Part shown: positions 39,369 to 49,163 of the stretch, in pieces
Layout: each line of letters opens with the position of its first letter
How positions within the stretch are numbered: the stretch's first letter is position 1
Assembly (NCBI GenBank): GCA_023511795.1
Contig: JAIMAU010000006.1
Coordinates: 13,159 to 77,158, forward strand
Source of the DNA: Armatimonadota bacterium
GTDB taxonomy: Bacteria > Armatimonadota > UBA5829 > DTJY01
DNA length: 64,000 nt
Reading direction: 5' to 3'
Notes under the pieces: model-generated
The model's input: only the letters and a program-made list of their open reading frames with translations
Told to the model about the DNA's origin: nothing
Databases searched by the model: none
Program-made: the position numbers and the translations under genes

Positions 39369-39815
39369 TTATCCCTCAACAGGAACTTTCTTCTCTTTCT
39401 CCTTCGCCTCCTCGGCCTTTGGAGCTACGACTTCTAGTACACCGTTCTTGAACGTAGCCTTAACTTCTTCGGGCTTAATGGCTACAGGCATGGGAATGCT
39501 GCGATAGAACCTACCAGCTCGTCTCTCCCGGCGATAGTAGCCTTCTTCTTTAACCTCTTCCTCGCGCTTGAACTCGCCCTTCAAGCTGATGCTGTCTTCC
39601 GTAGCCGTAACTTCGACGTCCTCCCGCTTTAGGCCAGGAAGCTCAGCCTTGATGACTATGTTGTTATCCCTTTCAAACATGTCAATCGCCGGGGAGATTA
39701 CCTCCTCTCGTGGCATCACGAGTAAAGGAGTTCTCCAAAATTCCTCAAACAGACGGTCCATCTCCTCTCGCATGCGTCTTAGCTCAGAGAATGGTTCCCA
39801 TCTCATTAAACTCAT
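39369..39815 (-). CDS. Hsp20/alpha-crystallin family small heat-shock protein
   Basis: Start at ATG (MSLMRWEPF) 5 nt after AGGAGGTGA; alpha-crystallin domain AIDMFERDNNIVIKAELPGLKREDVEVT...GVLEVVAPK. Confidence 0.9.
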   Translation of the reverse strand: MSLMRWEPFSELRRMREEMDRLFEEFWRTPLLVMPREEVISPAIDMFERDNNIVIKAELPGLKREDVEVTATEDSISLKGEFKREEEVKEEGYYRRERRAGRFYRSIPMPVAIKPEEVKATFKNGVLEVVAPKAEEAKEKEKKVPVEG

Positions 39816-39843
39816 ATCTCTCACCTCCTAAGAATGTTATTTT

Positions 39844-39897
39844 CGAGTGTCCTAGCGAATCAGGATTTTGCGTTTTGTGGACAAGTGTCCATCGCAA
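39844..39897 (-). promoter_or_regulatory. candidate operator upstream of hsp20: palindrome TGGACA-CT-TGTCCA nested in TTGCG...CGCAA, plus second GGACACTCG copy
   Basis: Read on minus strand 25-80 nt upstream of hsp20 start; not CIRCE, not HAIR. Confidence 0.4.
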
Positions 39898-40016
39898 TTT
39901 TTTAATACCCAGGAGAAAAACGAGCTTAAACTATTTGGATGACGAAAATTTGGGGGCTTTTCAAAGCATGTTGGGGCACAAGGGCTAACTAAGCACCTAC
40001 ACTACAATCTAGGATA

Positions 40017-40985
40017 TTACAACCACTTGATACGCTTAAAGTAATAGAGAAGAACGACACCAATCAATGCCATTAGACCTAAAGCGTAAGGATAACCATA
40101 TCGCCAAGTGAGTTCCGGCATGTAACGGAAATTCATACCGTAAATAGCCGCTACCAATCCCACTGAGATCAAGACTGTCGCTGCGACCGTGAGCGATTTC
40201 ATCACAGCATTGAGCTGATTGGAAATTACCGTGAGATAGGCATCCAGCGCACCTGCTAAGATGTCGCGATAGGTATCTATGGTGTCTACAATTCGCAAGG
40301 TGTGGTCGTAAATGTCGCGCAGATATGTCACTGCCTGCTCCGAAAGAAGCGGTTGGTCCCTTCGGGTTAGGATATTGAACATATCCCTCAGTGGAGTTGC
40401 AATCCTTCGCAAGACCAGCAAGGTTCGCTTCAGCCGAAATATTCTTTCAGGGGACTCTGCTGCTTCCTGCTTAAATATACTGGTCTCAATTTGGTCAAGC
40501 CTTTCGTCTATTTGGTCAAGGATGGGGAAATAAGAGTCTACCAGTGCGTCAAGAATATCGTACAACAGCAGTCCAACACCGCCCACAAATGCCTGGGGGT
40601 GCCGGCTCCACCTATCCGCAACCTCATGGAGAACTGCGAGCTCCTGCTTATGTAGAGTTACAATATAGTTTTTGCCCACAAAAATATCAAGCTCTATCGG
40701 CCGGACATCTTCCTTCTTTGGGTTGTATGTTACAAAGTGCGATACCAAGAAAAGATAGCCTGGATATTCATCAACCTTAGGCCTATGATGTGGAGTAAAA
40801 TAATCGTCTATTGCGAGCGGATGGAAACCAAACTCTGAGGCGAGCTTTTCCATCTCCTCTTTCGAAGGATTCATAGCGTCCAACCAAACAATAGTCTCTG
40901 GATCGGCAATAAAATCACTAATCTGGGCTATGTTTTTTATAATTTGGACGCCTTTATTCGGGTGATAAGCTGTAATGCGGAACAC
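40017..40985 (-). CDS. corA: magnesium/cobalt transporter CorA
   Basis: 322 aa; two C-terminal TM helices with YGMNF (GMN) motif; 11 nt after grpE. Confidence 0.9.
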   Translation of the reverse strand: MFRITAYHPNKGVQIIKNIAQISDFIADPETIVWLDAMNPSKEEMEKLASEFGFHPLAIDDYFTPHHRPKVDEYPGYLFLVSHFVTYNPKKEDVRPIELDIFVGKNYIVTLHKQELAVLHEVADRWSRHPQAFVGGVGLLLYDILDALVDSYFPILDQIDERLDQIETSIFKQEAAESPERIFRLKRTLLVLRRIATPLRDMFNILTRRDQPLLSEQAVTYLRDIYDHTLRIVDTIDTYRDILAGALDAYLTVISNQLNAVMKSLTVAATVLISVGLVAAIYGMNFRYMPELTWRYGYPYALGLMALIGVVLLYYFKRIKWL

Positions 40986-40996
40986 GTCGTAATATC

Positions 40997-41668
40997 CTAA
41001 CCGTCTTGGTCCACCCTGGGATGGTGGGCAACCTTTACGGCACTCGGTCTAATCACACGGCCATTCATGGTGTACCCTGTCCGAACCTCTTCAACGATAG
41101 TTTCGTCGGGGTATTCCGTCGTATCCACACGTGCAACAGCTTCATGCTTCATTGGGTCGAATTTTTCACCAACAGCTTTTATCGGTTCAACGCCTTCCTT
41201 CGCGAGGAGATCACGGAGTTGACGCAGGATGAGTATTACACCTCCATGCAGAGAGTCAAAATTCTTTGTCTCTTCTGCAGCTTTGATAGCCCTTTCAAAG
41301 TTGTCAAGAATTGGAAGCAACCGAATAATGAAGTCTTCGGTAGCAAATTTCCTTACTTGCTCCAACTCCTCCCTAGCACGGCGTCGGTAGTTGGTAAAAT
41401 CAGCAAGCGTTCGAAGGAAATTGTCATGCTCCTCCTCCGCTCGCCTCTCTGCTTCCTCACACCGTTCCTTTAAGATGCGAATGTCTTCGGGAAGTACTTC
41501 TTCTGCGGTGGATTCCACGACAATATCCGCTTCTTCAGGCGATTCTGAAAACACCTCAGGCGGAACTACGCCAGTCTCCTCAAGCTCTTTATCCCGGTGT
41601 TGTGCCTCAGACTCGGAAGAGTTTTGCGCTGAATTATTATTTATTGGAATTTTCCGTTTATTTGCCAT
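40997..41668 (-). CDS. grpE: nucleotide exchange factor GrpE
   Basis: 223 aa; ...DNFLRTLADFTNYRRRAREE...LLPILDNFERA...MNGRVIRPSAVKV. Confidence 0.9.
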   Translation of the reverse strand: MANKRKIPINNNSAQNSSESEAQHRDKELEETGVVPPEVFSESPEEADIVVESTAEEVLPEDIRILKERCEEAERRAEEEHDNFLRTLADFTNYRRRAREELEQVRKFATEDFIIRLLPILDNFERAIKAAEETKNFDSLHGGVILILRQLRDLLAKEGVEPIKAVGEKFDPMKHEAVARVDTTEYPDETIVEEVRTGYTMNGRVIRPSAVKVAHHPRVDQDG

Positions 41669-41767
41669 TTTTCTACCTCAATGAACAAATTTCACAGCTT
41701 GTTCTTTTCGAATATGATAATTCTTGTTAACCCTGGCATGCTTTTTCACACCAAAAGCTAATTACGT

Positions 41768-43342
41768 TCACTTACCCGCTGGCGGCTGAGCAGTCGCCTC
41801 GGTGTCATCATTACGCTTTTTAATTATGGTATTAATCCTGAGAACGGCGTCTGCAATCTCAGCAGCAGCCTTTAGAGCGTGAACTTTAACCTTTAAGGGA
41901 TCAACTACCCCCAGCTCCCACATATCGGCAACTTCGCCAGTATCGCATTCAATGGCAAGTGAGACCTTGCCTTGTTCTGCTTGGGCGGCTATCACGTCCT
42001 CGACTTTCTCAAGGGGGTTGAACCCAGCATTTGCAACGATTTGGCTCAGAGGTTTCTTAAGGGCCTCCGCCACACAATCAACGCCATAGGCTGCCATACC
42101 CTTAACCCCATCTCTCAGGAAAGAAACCTCTCTCGATGCAGCAATCTCGATAGAGCCACCGCCTGGAACAACCCCGCCTATAATAGCGGCCTGGACTGCT
42201 GAGGCGGCGTCGCGCGCAATCCGCTCGCGCTCGTCTCTGACCTCCCTTGTTGCTGCACCGACAAGTAGTGTGGCGGCAGGCTTCCCAATTCCGCCCATAA
42301 TACGTGTATGTTCCAACCTCTCATCTTCATATACCCGTGCGCATCGCCCAACAAACAAAGATAACTCCTCAAGCGATTTCTTTAGACCCGCTCGCTTTAT
42401 TGTCTTTGCACCCGTATGTTCCACAATCCTTGCTATGTCCCTCGTAGATACACGACGGAGAACTATAATACCAGCATCGGTAAGTAACTCCTCTGCCAAA
42501 TCTGCAACACCTTTATTTGTAACAACGAGACCAATTCCCAAATCAACGATTTTCCGCAAATTTTCACAAAACTCGTTTTGAAGTTGAACATATCGCGCAA
42601 AACCCGATTCTGTGCCAAGTGCATCATCTTCCATTCGTTCGGGCTCAAGCGCGTCATCAATTGCCAACACCTTGACATCTTTAAGCGATCGCGGCATCTG
42701 GCGGTTCATGCGCTCTTTCTCTATAATGAGACCTGTAAATACTTCGTTCTGCGCGCCTTCTTTTGCGACAATAGTATCAGCAAGTTTGAATGCTGGTTCC
42801 GCCAGTTTTTCTTTACCCACAAGCTTTGCCGCCTGGACGACCAAGTCTGCAATCTCGGCATCCTCTCTTCCGGCGATATAAGCCGCCTGCCAAAGAAGTG
42901 GGTCGTCGAAGTCCTTGACTTGCTTGCTTGCGGCTTCCAATACCTCAAGGGCTCTTTTCATACCAATGGAAAGCCCTTGTATCACCTTTGTCACCGGCAC
43001 GCCTCTAGATACCCTGCTGACTCCTTCCATTACAAGGGCAGAAGCTAGGATGGCAGCGGTAGTTGTGCCGTCGCCTACTTCTTCATCTTGAGCCTTGGCG
43101 GTACGGATAACTAACCTTGCGGCAGGGTGACTTATATCAATCTTGTCGAGAATCGTACTGCCATCATTGGTAATTGTCACGTCGCCGAACTTGTCAACGA
43201 GCATGCAATTCAGACCTTTAGGTCCAAGCGTTCCTTCAACAGACGAAGCAACCGCGCGCACTGCGGTTGCATTCGCAAGCAATGCCGCAAGGCGCTCATC
43301 CACGTCCGCCGACTTACTTACCTGCTTAATGTTTGAACTCAT
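41768..43342 (-). CDS. archaeal-type (group II-like; bacterial 'group III') chaperonin, thermosome/CCT family
   Basis: 524 aa. GTLGPKGLNCMLVDKFGDVTITNDGSTIL...HPAARLV...QDEEVGDGTTTAAILA, GIIVLRRVSTRDIARIVEHTGAKTI, VVPGGGSIE, ELGVVDPLKVKVHALKAAAEIADAVLRIN all match thermosome signatures, not GroEL (no GGM tail, no GroES partner). Confidence 0.88.
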   Translation of the reverse strand: MSSNIKQVSKSADVDERLAALLANATAVRAVASSVEGTLGPKGLNCMLVDKFGDVTITNDGSTILDKIDISHPAARLVIRTAKAQDEEVGDGTTTAAILASALVMEGVSRVSRGVPVTKVIQGLSIGMKRALEVLEAASKQVKDFDDPLLWQAAYIAGREDAEIADLVVQAAKLVGKEKLAEPAFKLADTIVAKEGAQNEVFTGLIIEKERMNRQMPRSLKDVKVLAIDDALEPERMEDDALGTESGFARYVQLQNEFCENLRKIVDLGIGLVVTNKGVADLAEELLTDAGIIVLRRVSTRDIARIVEHTGAKTIKRAGLKKSLEELSLFVGRCARVYEDERLEHTRIMGGIGKPAATLLVGAATREVRDERERIARDAASAVQAAIIGGVVPGGGSIEIAASREVSFLRDGVKGMAAYGVDCVAEALKKPLSQIVANAGFNPLEKVEDVIAAQAEQGKVSLAIECDTGEVADMWELGVVDPLKVKVHALKAAAEIADAVLRINTIIKKRNDDTEATAQPPAGK

Positions 43343-43411
43343 TTTTGAACTTAAGAAGGGATCCTGGGGCTGAGGGATTCAGGTATCCAGCAACCCGCCA
43401 TAACATGCTGA

Positions 43412-44449
43412 TTATCCAATACTTAATTGGGTCAGCATCTGGCTGAGGCTCGATGCCATTAGCTCAACAGCGGCCACTGCACGCCGATAATCCATCCTTG
43501 TAGGCCCTACTACTCCTATGCTCCCGCATACGCGATCGCCGATGTGATAGTTTGCTGTAACAAAGCTGCAATCGCTTAGCTCACAGAACTGGTTTTCCTC
43601 GCCGATAATGACGGTTACATCCTTGCCAAGTAATGCCGTGCTCAAAACCTGGAATAGGACTTTGCGCTTTTCAAGGGCGTTGAGAATCATCGTAAGCTTT
43701 TCTGTTCGGGAAAATTCCGGCTGTTTGAGAATATGGCTTGTTCCGTCTATGAAAACCTCGCTGTCAGTAGCCGCAACCAGCGCCTGCTTTACGAGGGCAA
43801 CCACCTTTTTGTAAAAAGCAGTCATTCTAAAAAGCTCTGCCGGCAGAGCATTTCTAATCCTAGTAGTAAATTCGCGCAACTCAGCACCTTGTAGACGCTC
43901 GTTAACTAGACTCCCAATAGAATTAAGGTCAACAGTGTTGAGGTCGCTCTCCCAATCTAGCAATCGGTGGTCAATATGTCCGGTGCTAAGTACAGTGATT
44001 ACAAGAAGCTTGCCCCGGCCAATTGGAGAGAGTGCTACATAGCGAACACTTATGGTGCCCATCTGTGGCTTAGTTGCCAGAGAAGTATATTGGGCCAATC
44101 CAGACAGAATCCGGCACGTCTGTAAAAGGATGTTCTCAATTTCGCTCTCATAAGGATTATATGCCGCCCTTGCACGCGAAGCTTCTGCTCGCCCCAGCTT
44201 GGGATCAGGCATTAGCTTGTCAACATAGTACCGATAGCCAAGGTCTGATGGTACGCGGCCCGCAGATTTGTGCGGTTGTTTCAAGTAGCCCAGCTCTGAC
44301 ATAGCTGCAAGCTCATGACGAATCATCGCGGGCTTAATTCCGAAGTTGTAGTTCGCCGCTAGCGTTTCCGAACCTACCGGTTCTGCAGTCCTCACATATT
44401 GATTTACAATTGCTTCCAGTATTTTGCTTCTCCGCTCGCCGAGTTCCAT
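43412..44449 (-). CDS. hrcA: heat-inducible transcription repressor HrcA
   Basis: Start at ATG (MELGERRSKILEAIV) 6 nt after GAGGTGA; winged-helix N-terminus; C-terminus VCGSIGVVGPTRMDYRR. Confidence 0.9.
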   Translation of the reverse strand: MELGERRSKILEAIVNQYVRTAEPVGSETLAANYNFGIKPAMIRHELAAMSELGYLKQPHKSAGRVPSDLGYRYYVDKLMPDPKLGRAEASRARAAYNPYESEIENILLQTCRILSGLAQYTSLATKPQMGTISVRYVALSPIGRGKLLVITVLSTGHIDHRLLDWESDLNTVDLNSIGSLVNERLQGAELREFTTRIRNALPAELFRMTAFYKKVVALVKQALVAATDSEVFIDGTSHILKQPEFSRTEKLTMILNALEKRKVLFQVLSTALLGKDVTVIIGEENQFCELSDCSFVTANYHIGDRVCGSIGVVGPTRMDYRRAVAAVELMASSLSQMLTQLSIG

Positions 44450-44503
44450 CGGCTTCACCTCAAATAACAAGGTAGCCGTATGCGCAAACCTTCTTCTGAT
44501 AAG

Positions 44504-44532
44504 AGTATACCATTAGCAACGTCTAGAGTCAA
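44504..44532 (-). promoter_or_regulatory. sigma70 promoter (TTGACT-N17-TATACT) for hrcA-chaperonin-grpE-corA operon
   Basis: Near-consensus hexamers about 50 nt upstream of hrcA start. Confidence 0.55.
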
Positions 44533-44618
44533 CATGGGAAAGCTTGCGGTGATTAGCTAACGATGCACACAAGGAGTTCTTATTAACTGACATTTTTATT
44601 AATAAGGGATACCTGGTG

Positions 44619-44945
44619 CTATGTAGTATTACCTATAATAAAAAGTGCCATGCCTATGGAAACTGCCGCCATTCCAATGTATTGCATTGGCGATACTTTT
44701 GGGCTAAAAATTAGGAGAATTGCTACTTGAGCACCCAGGAATCCGCCAGCAGTACACAAGCCAAGCGCAACATTTGGATTCATTGAACGATAGAGTAACA
44801 TTAGAAACCATATGCTTGAGGCTCCAAAAACATTGCCGCAGATATAACCTATCAACCATTTGCTCGGATTGGCGCTCCCATACTTAAAAAACACCTGCGC
44901 CGCCGCTTGCATTAGCCAAAATACAATTAGCCAAACGAGGTTCAT
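44619..44945 (-). CDS. small 4-TM membrane protein (SMR/DMT-like)
   Basis: Hydrophobic ORF; likely start MNLVWLIVFWL; exact start uncertain. Confidence 0.4.
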   Translation of the reverse strand: MNLVWLIVFWLMQAAAQVFFKYGSANPSKWLIGYICGNVFGASSIWFLMLLYRSMNPNVALGLCTAGGFLGAQVAILLIFSPKVSPMQYIGMAAVSIGMALFIIGNTT

Positions 44946-45176
44946 ACCTGCCCTGCCCCCAACTCCAAAAGCTTGATCTCGACAAGCGGAAAATAAAGCC
45001 TTATCCCCCAACGACATCTAACCATGGATAGGAGCGCAAGCTTAGTGACAGCATAGGTCACAAGCAAGCATGGCTCGGATTAAAGGATTCCATACACCTG
45101 CATTGCTTACTTAACTGCCCGCCCAAAAAGCGAACTAAGACAACCGCTATTTTGCAGCCAAGCTTCTCCACAACTT

Positions 45177-45941
45177 CTACTTTAACCCCATCTCTCTTAA
45201 GTTGCGAAGGCTGATTGCTAGGCTCTCGAATGGATCTCTTTCGCAAATATCCTGCTCAACAAGGTACCATTCAACTCCGGCTTCCATAGCAGCTTCCAAT
45301 ATCTCAGGCCAGTTCAGGTTGCCCTCGCCAACCTCCATCATGATTTGCTGGCCGCCCCTATTGCCCATATCCTTCAGGTGAAGCAATGGAACGCGGTCTT
45401 TGCACCGCAGAATCCACTCTGCTGGGTCGCCCCCACCATGCTGAACCCAATACGTATCAATCTCAAAATTGAAGTAAGTGGGGTCGCTCTCGGTGCGAAG
45501 GATTTCTAAGCCAATCTTGTCGCCAAATTTTTCGAATTCAAAGCTATGGTTGTGATAGCTGAAAGTTAGACCACCTTGGGCTAGCTTCTTTGCCACCTTA
45601 GAAGCTTCCTTTGCAAACTGATGGAAGCCCTTAGCATTTCGGTATTCTTGGGGCATCCCACCAACTGCAATGTGCTGACATCCCCACAGTTGATGTTCTT
45701 CGATGACCCGTTCCGTTTCGTTCCGCATGCGGTGGTAAGGAGTGTGGGTAGCACAAATATAAACACCTTCACCATCAACAATTTTCTTCAGCTCAAGCGG
45801 GTCGATTGGGCCAAAGCCAGAGACTTGGACTGCCTCATATCCGATTTCTCGAATCTTCTTAATTGTCTTGGCAATATCAGCAGGAGTTTGCGTAAACTCG
45901 CGCACAGTATAGAGTTGTGCACCAATTCGTGATTCGCTCAT
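45177..45941 (-). CDS. sugar phosphate isomerase/epimerase (xylose isomerase-like TIM barrel)
   Basis: 254 aa; GAQLYTVRE N-terminus, HNHSFEFE, metal-binding E/D/H pattern typical of AP_endonuc_2 fold. Confidence 0.8.
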   Translation of the reverse strand: MSESRIGAQLYTVREFTQTPADIAKTIKKIREIGYEAVQVSGFGPIDPLELKKIVDGEGVYICATHTPYHRMRNETERVIEEHQLWGCQHIAVGGMPQEYRNAKGFHQFAKEASKVAKKLAQGGLTFSYHNHSFEFEKFGDKIGLEILRTESDPTYFNFEIDTYWVQHGGGDPAEWILRCKDRVPLLHLKDMGNRGGQQIMMEVGEGNLNWPEILEAAMEAGVEWYLVEQDICERDPFESLAISLRNLREMGLK

Positions 45942-45955
45942 TATGCATCCTTTCC

Positions 45956-46522
45956 TTAAGGCAATTCTCGAATATAAATATTCTTAAACCAAAGCTTGCT
46001 GCCGTGATGCTGAAGCTCAATTGGTCCCTCATCCGGCACGCCGCCTATGCTATTCATCGTCACTTGGTCAACAACCTGAACACCATTCTCAACGACGGTT
46101 ACCTTCTTGCCACGCATGATGATGACAAAGCGATTCCATTCACCCACTGGCCTGTCCATATTCCTTGTCGGCTTATTATTGTCATTGTACAATCCGCCCG
46201 AACCAATGGGATTATCCCAAATTTGCACCTGAGGTTTTCCACGCAGATAAATGCCACTGTCTCCACCTTTTGGAATTTTCCAGTCAACTATCAATATAAA
46301 GTTGCGGTAGTTCTTTTCGGTAATAAGGTTCTTTCCCTTGCCATCATATTCCAACACGCCGTCTACAACCTTCCAATGTTTCTCAACCTCGGCATCGTGC
46401 TTCCACCCTGTCAAGTCTTTGCCATTAAAAAGCGGTGTGAACCATGGAGGAATGCCCTCAGAAGCATAACCAACACAACCCAGAACCGTGCTAATAATTA
46501 AAATTAACACAATTTTTTTCAT
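45956..46522 (-). CDS. DUF1080 / 3-keto-disaccharide hydrolase-like protein (secreted)
   Basis: 188 aa; signal peptide; LFNGKDLTGWKH...WKVVDGVLEY...NFILIVDWKI...GDSGIYLRG. Confidence 0.75.
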   Translation of the reverse strand: MKKIVLILIISTVLGCVGYASEGIPPWFTPLFNGKDLTGWKHDAEVEKHWKVVDGVLEYDGKGKNLITEKNYRNFILIVDWKIPKGGDSGIYLRGKPQVQIWDNPIGSGGLYNDNNKPTRNMDRPVGEWNRFVIIMRGKKVTVVENGVQVVDQVTMNSIGGVPDEGPIELQHHGSKLWFKNIYIRELP

Positions 46523-46536
46523 AAAATTACCCTCCT

Positions 46537-48054
46537 TTACTTCATTTCGCTTAACATTTGCCGTGCCTGAGCAAGAGATGAATATAGCTCGCGATATATA
46601 GCAAAGCGCTCTTCATAAACCAAAGCATATTTGCGACGGGGCTCGAAAGTTCGTATTGGTACCGTCCATGTCCTAATTGCTTCTTCAATATCAAGTATTC
46701 CTGCCCCTCCACCTGCAAGAATAGCAGCTCCCATGCAAGTTGCCTCAGTAACACGCATTGTGGTGAGTGAAATGCCCAGTATATCAGCCTTTATCTGCAT
46801 CCAAGTATCACTTTTCGCCCCGCCGCCGACAGCCCTTAGCTCAGCAAGGCAGAAACCGGCATCCCTTAAGATTGATAGGTTCCATTTCATTTCGTAAGTG
46901 ATACCATCTAGAAAGGCACGTAGAACCTCCGACCTATTGGTGGAGAGGGTCAAACCAAATAGCAACCCAGCCCCGTGGGCATCAAAGTGGGGCGTGCCTG
47001 TTGGCCCAAAGTGGGGAAGAAGTATAACACGCGAAGGCTCTTCTGCTGCCGCCGATATTATTTGGTCGTAGGGATCTTTTCCATTCCTTCGGGCTTCTTC
47101 TGCCTCCTTGGTTGCAAAATTATCGCGTACCCATCGTAGAACGCTTCCACCAGTAATGTTAAATGCAACCGTCGTGTATATATTTGGTAATACATGCGGA
47201 TAAGTTGCCAAGTTAGCATTCATGAGTTCATCGCTTAGGATAAGGCGGTCAATAGCAGGGCAAATACATTCAGTCGTACCGATGGAATATGCAGCTTGGC
47301 TTGGCGAGGCTGCCCCACATCCAAGTGCCCCAACTGGTTGATCATGACCACAGACTGACACCTTGACTTCATTTGCCAAACCGAGCTTGGCAGCCATTTC
47401 AGGTTTGACAGTGCCAACAACCTCTCCAGAAGGAATCACTTCAGGCAATCGGTCAGCGGCAAGTCCGACGGCTTCTAGAATCTCCGCTGACCATTCCATG
47501 CGGCTAACATCAAAAAGCATCGAACGTGCGGCCATCGTATAATCGGTCTTTACTTCACCAGTCAGTACCCAAGCAAGTAGGTCCTCACAGAAAAGAAACT
47601 TCAGCGTCTTGGCCCATTTCTCTGGCTCATTTTGTTTGAGCCACAAGAGTTTATATAGGGAATACATAGGATATGGTGTGTGTCCTGTTATTCGATATAA
47701 CCTTTTGGCGCCGAACTCCATGCTCCAAGGGCCAACAAGCGAGGCAGCGCGAGCGTCGGAGGAAACCATTATGCTACTTATCATCTGGCCACAGGAGGTG
47801 ATAGCAGTGAAAGCTTCTCCCTGCGATGCAATGCCAATAGCCTTCACAGGATCTAAACTCCGAACAGCGGCCGCTGCTTTCTCAATCATTCGGCAAGCAG
47901 CGCTTACCACGGCGTGAGGATCAAGCTCACAGGCTCCTGGAAACGGAAATAGGAGAGGATACTCCTCGTACGCCCACGAAAGCTGGCTACCCTTCTCATC
48001 GAAAACTACTGCCTTTACCCCTGTCGTACCTATATCTATGCCCATTAAACTCAT
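46537..48054 (-). CDS. FGGY-family carbohydrate kinase
   Basis: 505 aa; MGIDIGTTGVKAVVFD N-terminal ATPase motif. Confidence 0.85.
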   Translation of the reverse strand: MSLMGIDIGTTGVKAVVFDEKGSQLSWAYEEYPLLFPFPGACELDPHAVVSAACRMIEKAAAAVRSLDPVKAIGIASQGEAFTAITSCGQMISSIMVSSDARAASLVGPWSMEFGAKRLYRITGHTPYPMYSLYKLLWLKQNEPEKWAKTLKFLFCEDLLAWVLTGEVKTDYTMAARSMLFDVSRMEWSAEILEAVGLAADRLPEVIPSGEVVGTVKPEMAAKLGLANEVKVSVCGHDQPVGALGCGAASPSQAAYSIGTTECICPAIDRLILSDELMNANLATYPHVLPNIYTTVAFNITGGSVLRWVRDNFATKEAEEARRNGKDPYDQIISAAAEEPSRVILLPHFGPTGTPHFDAHGAGLLFGLTLSTNRSEVLRAFLDGITYEMKWNLSILRDAGFCLAELRAVGGGAKSDTWMQIKADILGISLTTMRVTEATCMGAAILAGGGAGILDIEEAIRTWTVPIRTFEPRRKYALVYEERFAIYRELYSSLAQARQMLSEMK

Positions 48055-48081
48055 AAAGAATCACCAGCCGACAACCAAGGC

Positions 48082-49053
48082 TCAAATCTTCCCGATAAAC
48101 TCCGACAATTTTGTTGCTGACCCTGCTATTTTATACACTTCGCAAATTAAATGTCTTATCACTTCGGCAACCGCCACCTGTGCGTCTGAAATACTCCCCC
48201 CGCTACCAAGAACACTCTCGTAAGGCTGGCGTATGTCAGTGGCGATGTTAATCTTTGCGATACCATTTTTCACCGCTTCATTAATGTACGACTGTGGAAT
48301 CCCAGATCCACCATGCAGGACAAGAGGAATTCCGGTCGCATCGCGTAGTTTTTTTAAGTGCTCAATATCAAGTCTAGCCTTGGGTTTTGGTCGGTCTTTT
48401 GCCGCCGCGGAAATCGCCCCATGAACCGAACCAATCGAAACAGAAAGCCAATCCACTCCTGTTCGCTGAACAAATTCCCTCGCTTCGTTGGGGTCTGTAA
48501 ATCCTTTTTTGCTGGCAAAAAGCTCTTCATATGGAGGAAGTGGACCTGGTTCATGGCCGAGTACCGCGCCTAACTCTGCTTCAACCAGCACACCTTCTTG
48601 ATGTGCAATCTCGACGACGCGCTTAGTCACAGCGATATTCTCCTCAAAATGGAGCCGCGAGCCGTCAATCATAACCGAGTCATAGCCCAAAGATATAGCT
48701 TCCGTAATAAGGGGTTCCCAATCGCAAAGTAAGCCATCCTCATCAATTACCGGCGTGTGGTCAAGATGGAGCGTTGACACTCGGGGGTCGGCATGGCGGC
48801 GATATTCTTCAGCAATGTGGCTTAGGCTCTTTGCCTCGAACTTTATGAGTTCAAGTCGCGCGACAGCCAGCATTCCAAACGTATCAAGCTCCGCCAATGT
48901 CTTAAGAATCGGCTCAGCCATTGGAAGGTATGGAACATTGAACGCTGGAATGACAATTTTATGCTCAACAGCGGCTGAGACCATACGTGCAAGTCGATTT
49001 TTTGGAGCTGGCACCCGGTCGACGATGTTATAATTTTGATGCTTAATATCCAA
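48082..49053 (-). CDS. class II ketose-bisphosphate aldolase (fructose/tagatose-bisphosphate aldolase family)
   Basis: 323 aa; PAFNV, HLDH, LVLHGGSG motifs; TTG start. Confidence 0.85.
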   Translation of the reverse strand: MDIKHQNYNIVDRVPAPKNRLARMVSAAVEHKIVIPAFNVPYLPMAEPILKTLAELDTFGMLAVARLELIKFEAKSLSHIAEEYRRHADPRVSTLHLDHTPVIDEDGLLCDWEPLITEAISLGYDSVMIDGSRLHFEENIAVTKRVVEIAHQEGVLVEAELGAVLGHEPGPLPPYEELFASKKGFTDPNEAREFVQRTGVDWLSVSIGSVHGAISAAAKDRPKPKARLDIEHLKKLRDATGIPLVLHGGSGIPQSYINEAVKNGIAKINIATDIRQPYESVLGSGGSISDAQVAVAEVIRHLICEVYKIAGSATKLSEFIGKI

Positions 49054-49163
49054 TGTTCAACTCTCTAATAAACTTACCACTAAATGATTTACCTGTCGGC
49101 CTCAAAGGATACCATGACAAGTTCATTAATATGGCGGCTTGCTTCAGCGTACCTTGTATTTAA

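Noticed and set aside
43343-43411. tmRNA-like start (GGGGCUGAGGGAUUCAGG) between hrcA and the chaperonin gene
   Set aside because: Only 69 nt of intergenic sequence, no tRNA-like acceptor/T-arm; coincidental.
44450-44620. CIRCE operator upstream of hrcA
   Set aside because: Only partial half-site similarity (TTAGCTAAT ... GTTGCTAA) with 27-nt spacing instead of 9; no canonical CIRCE found anywhere in the window.
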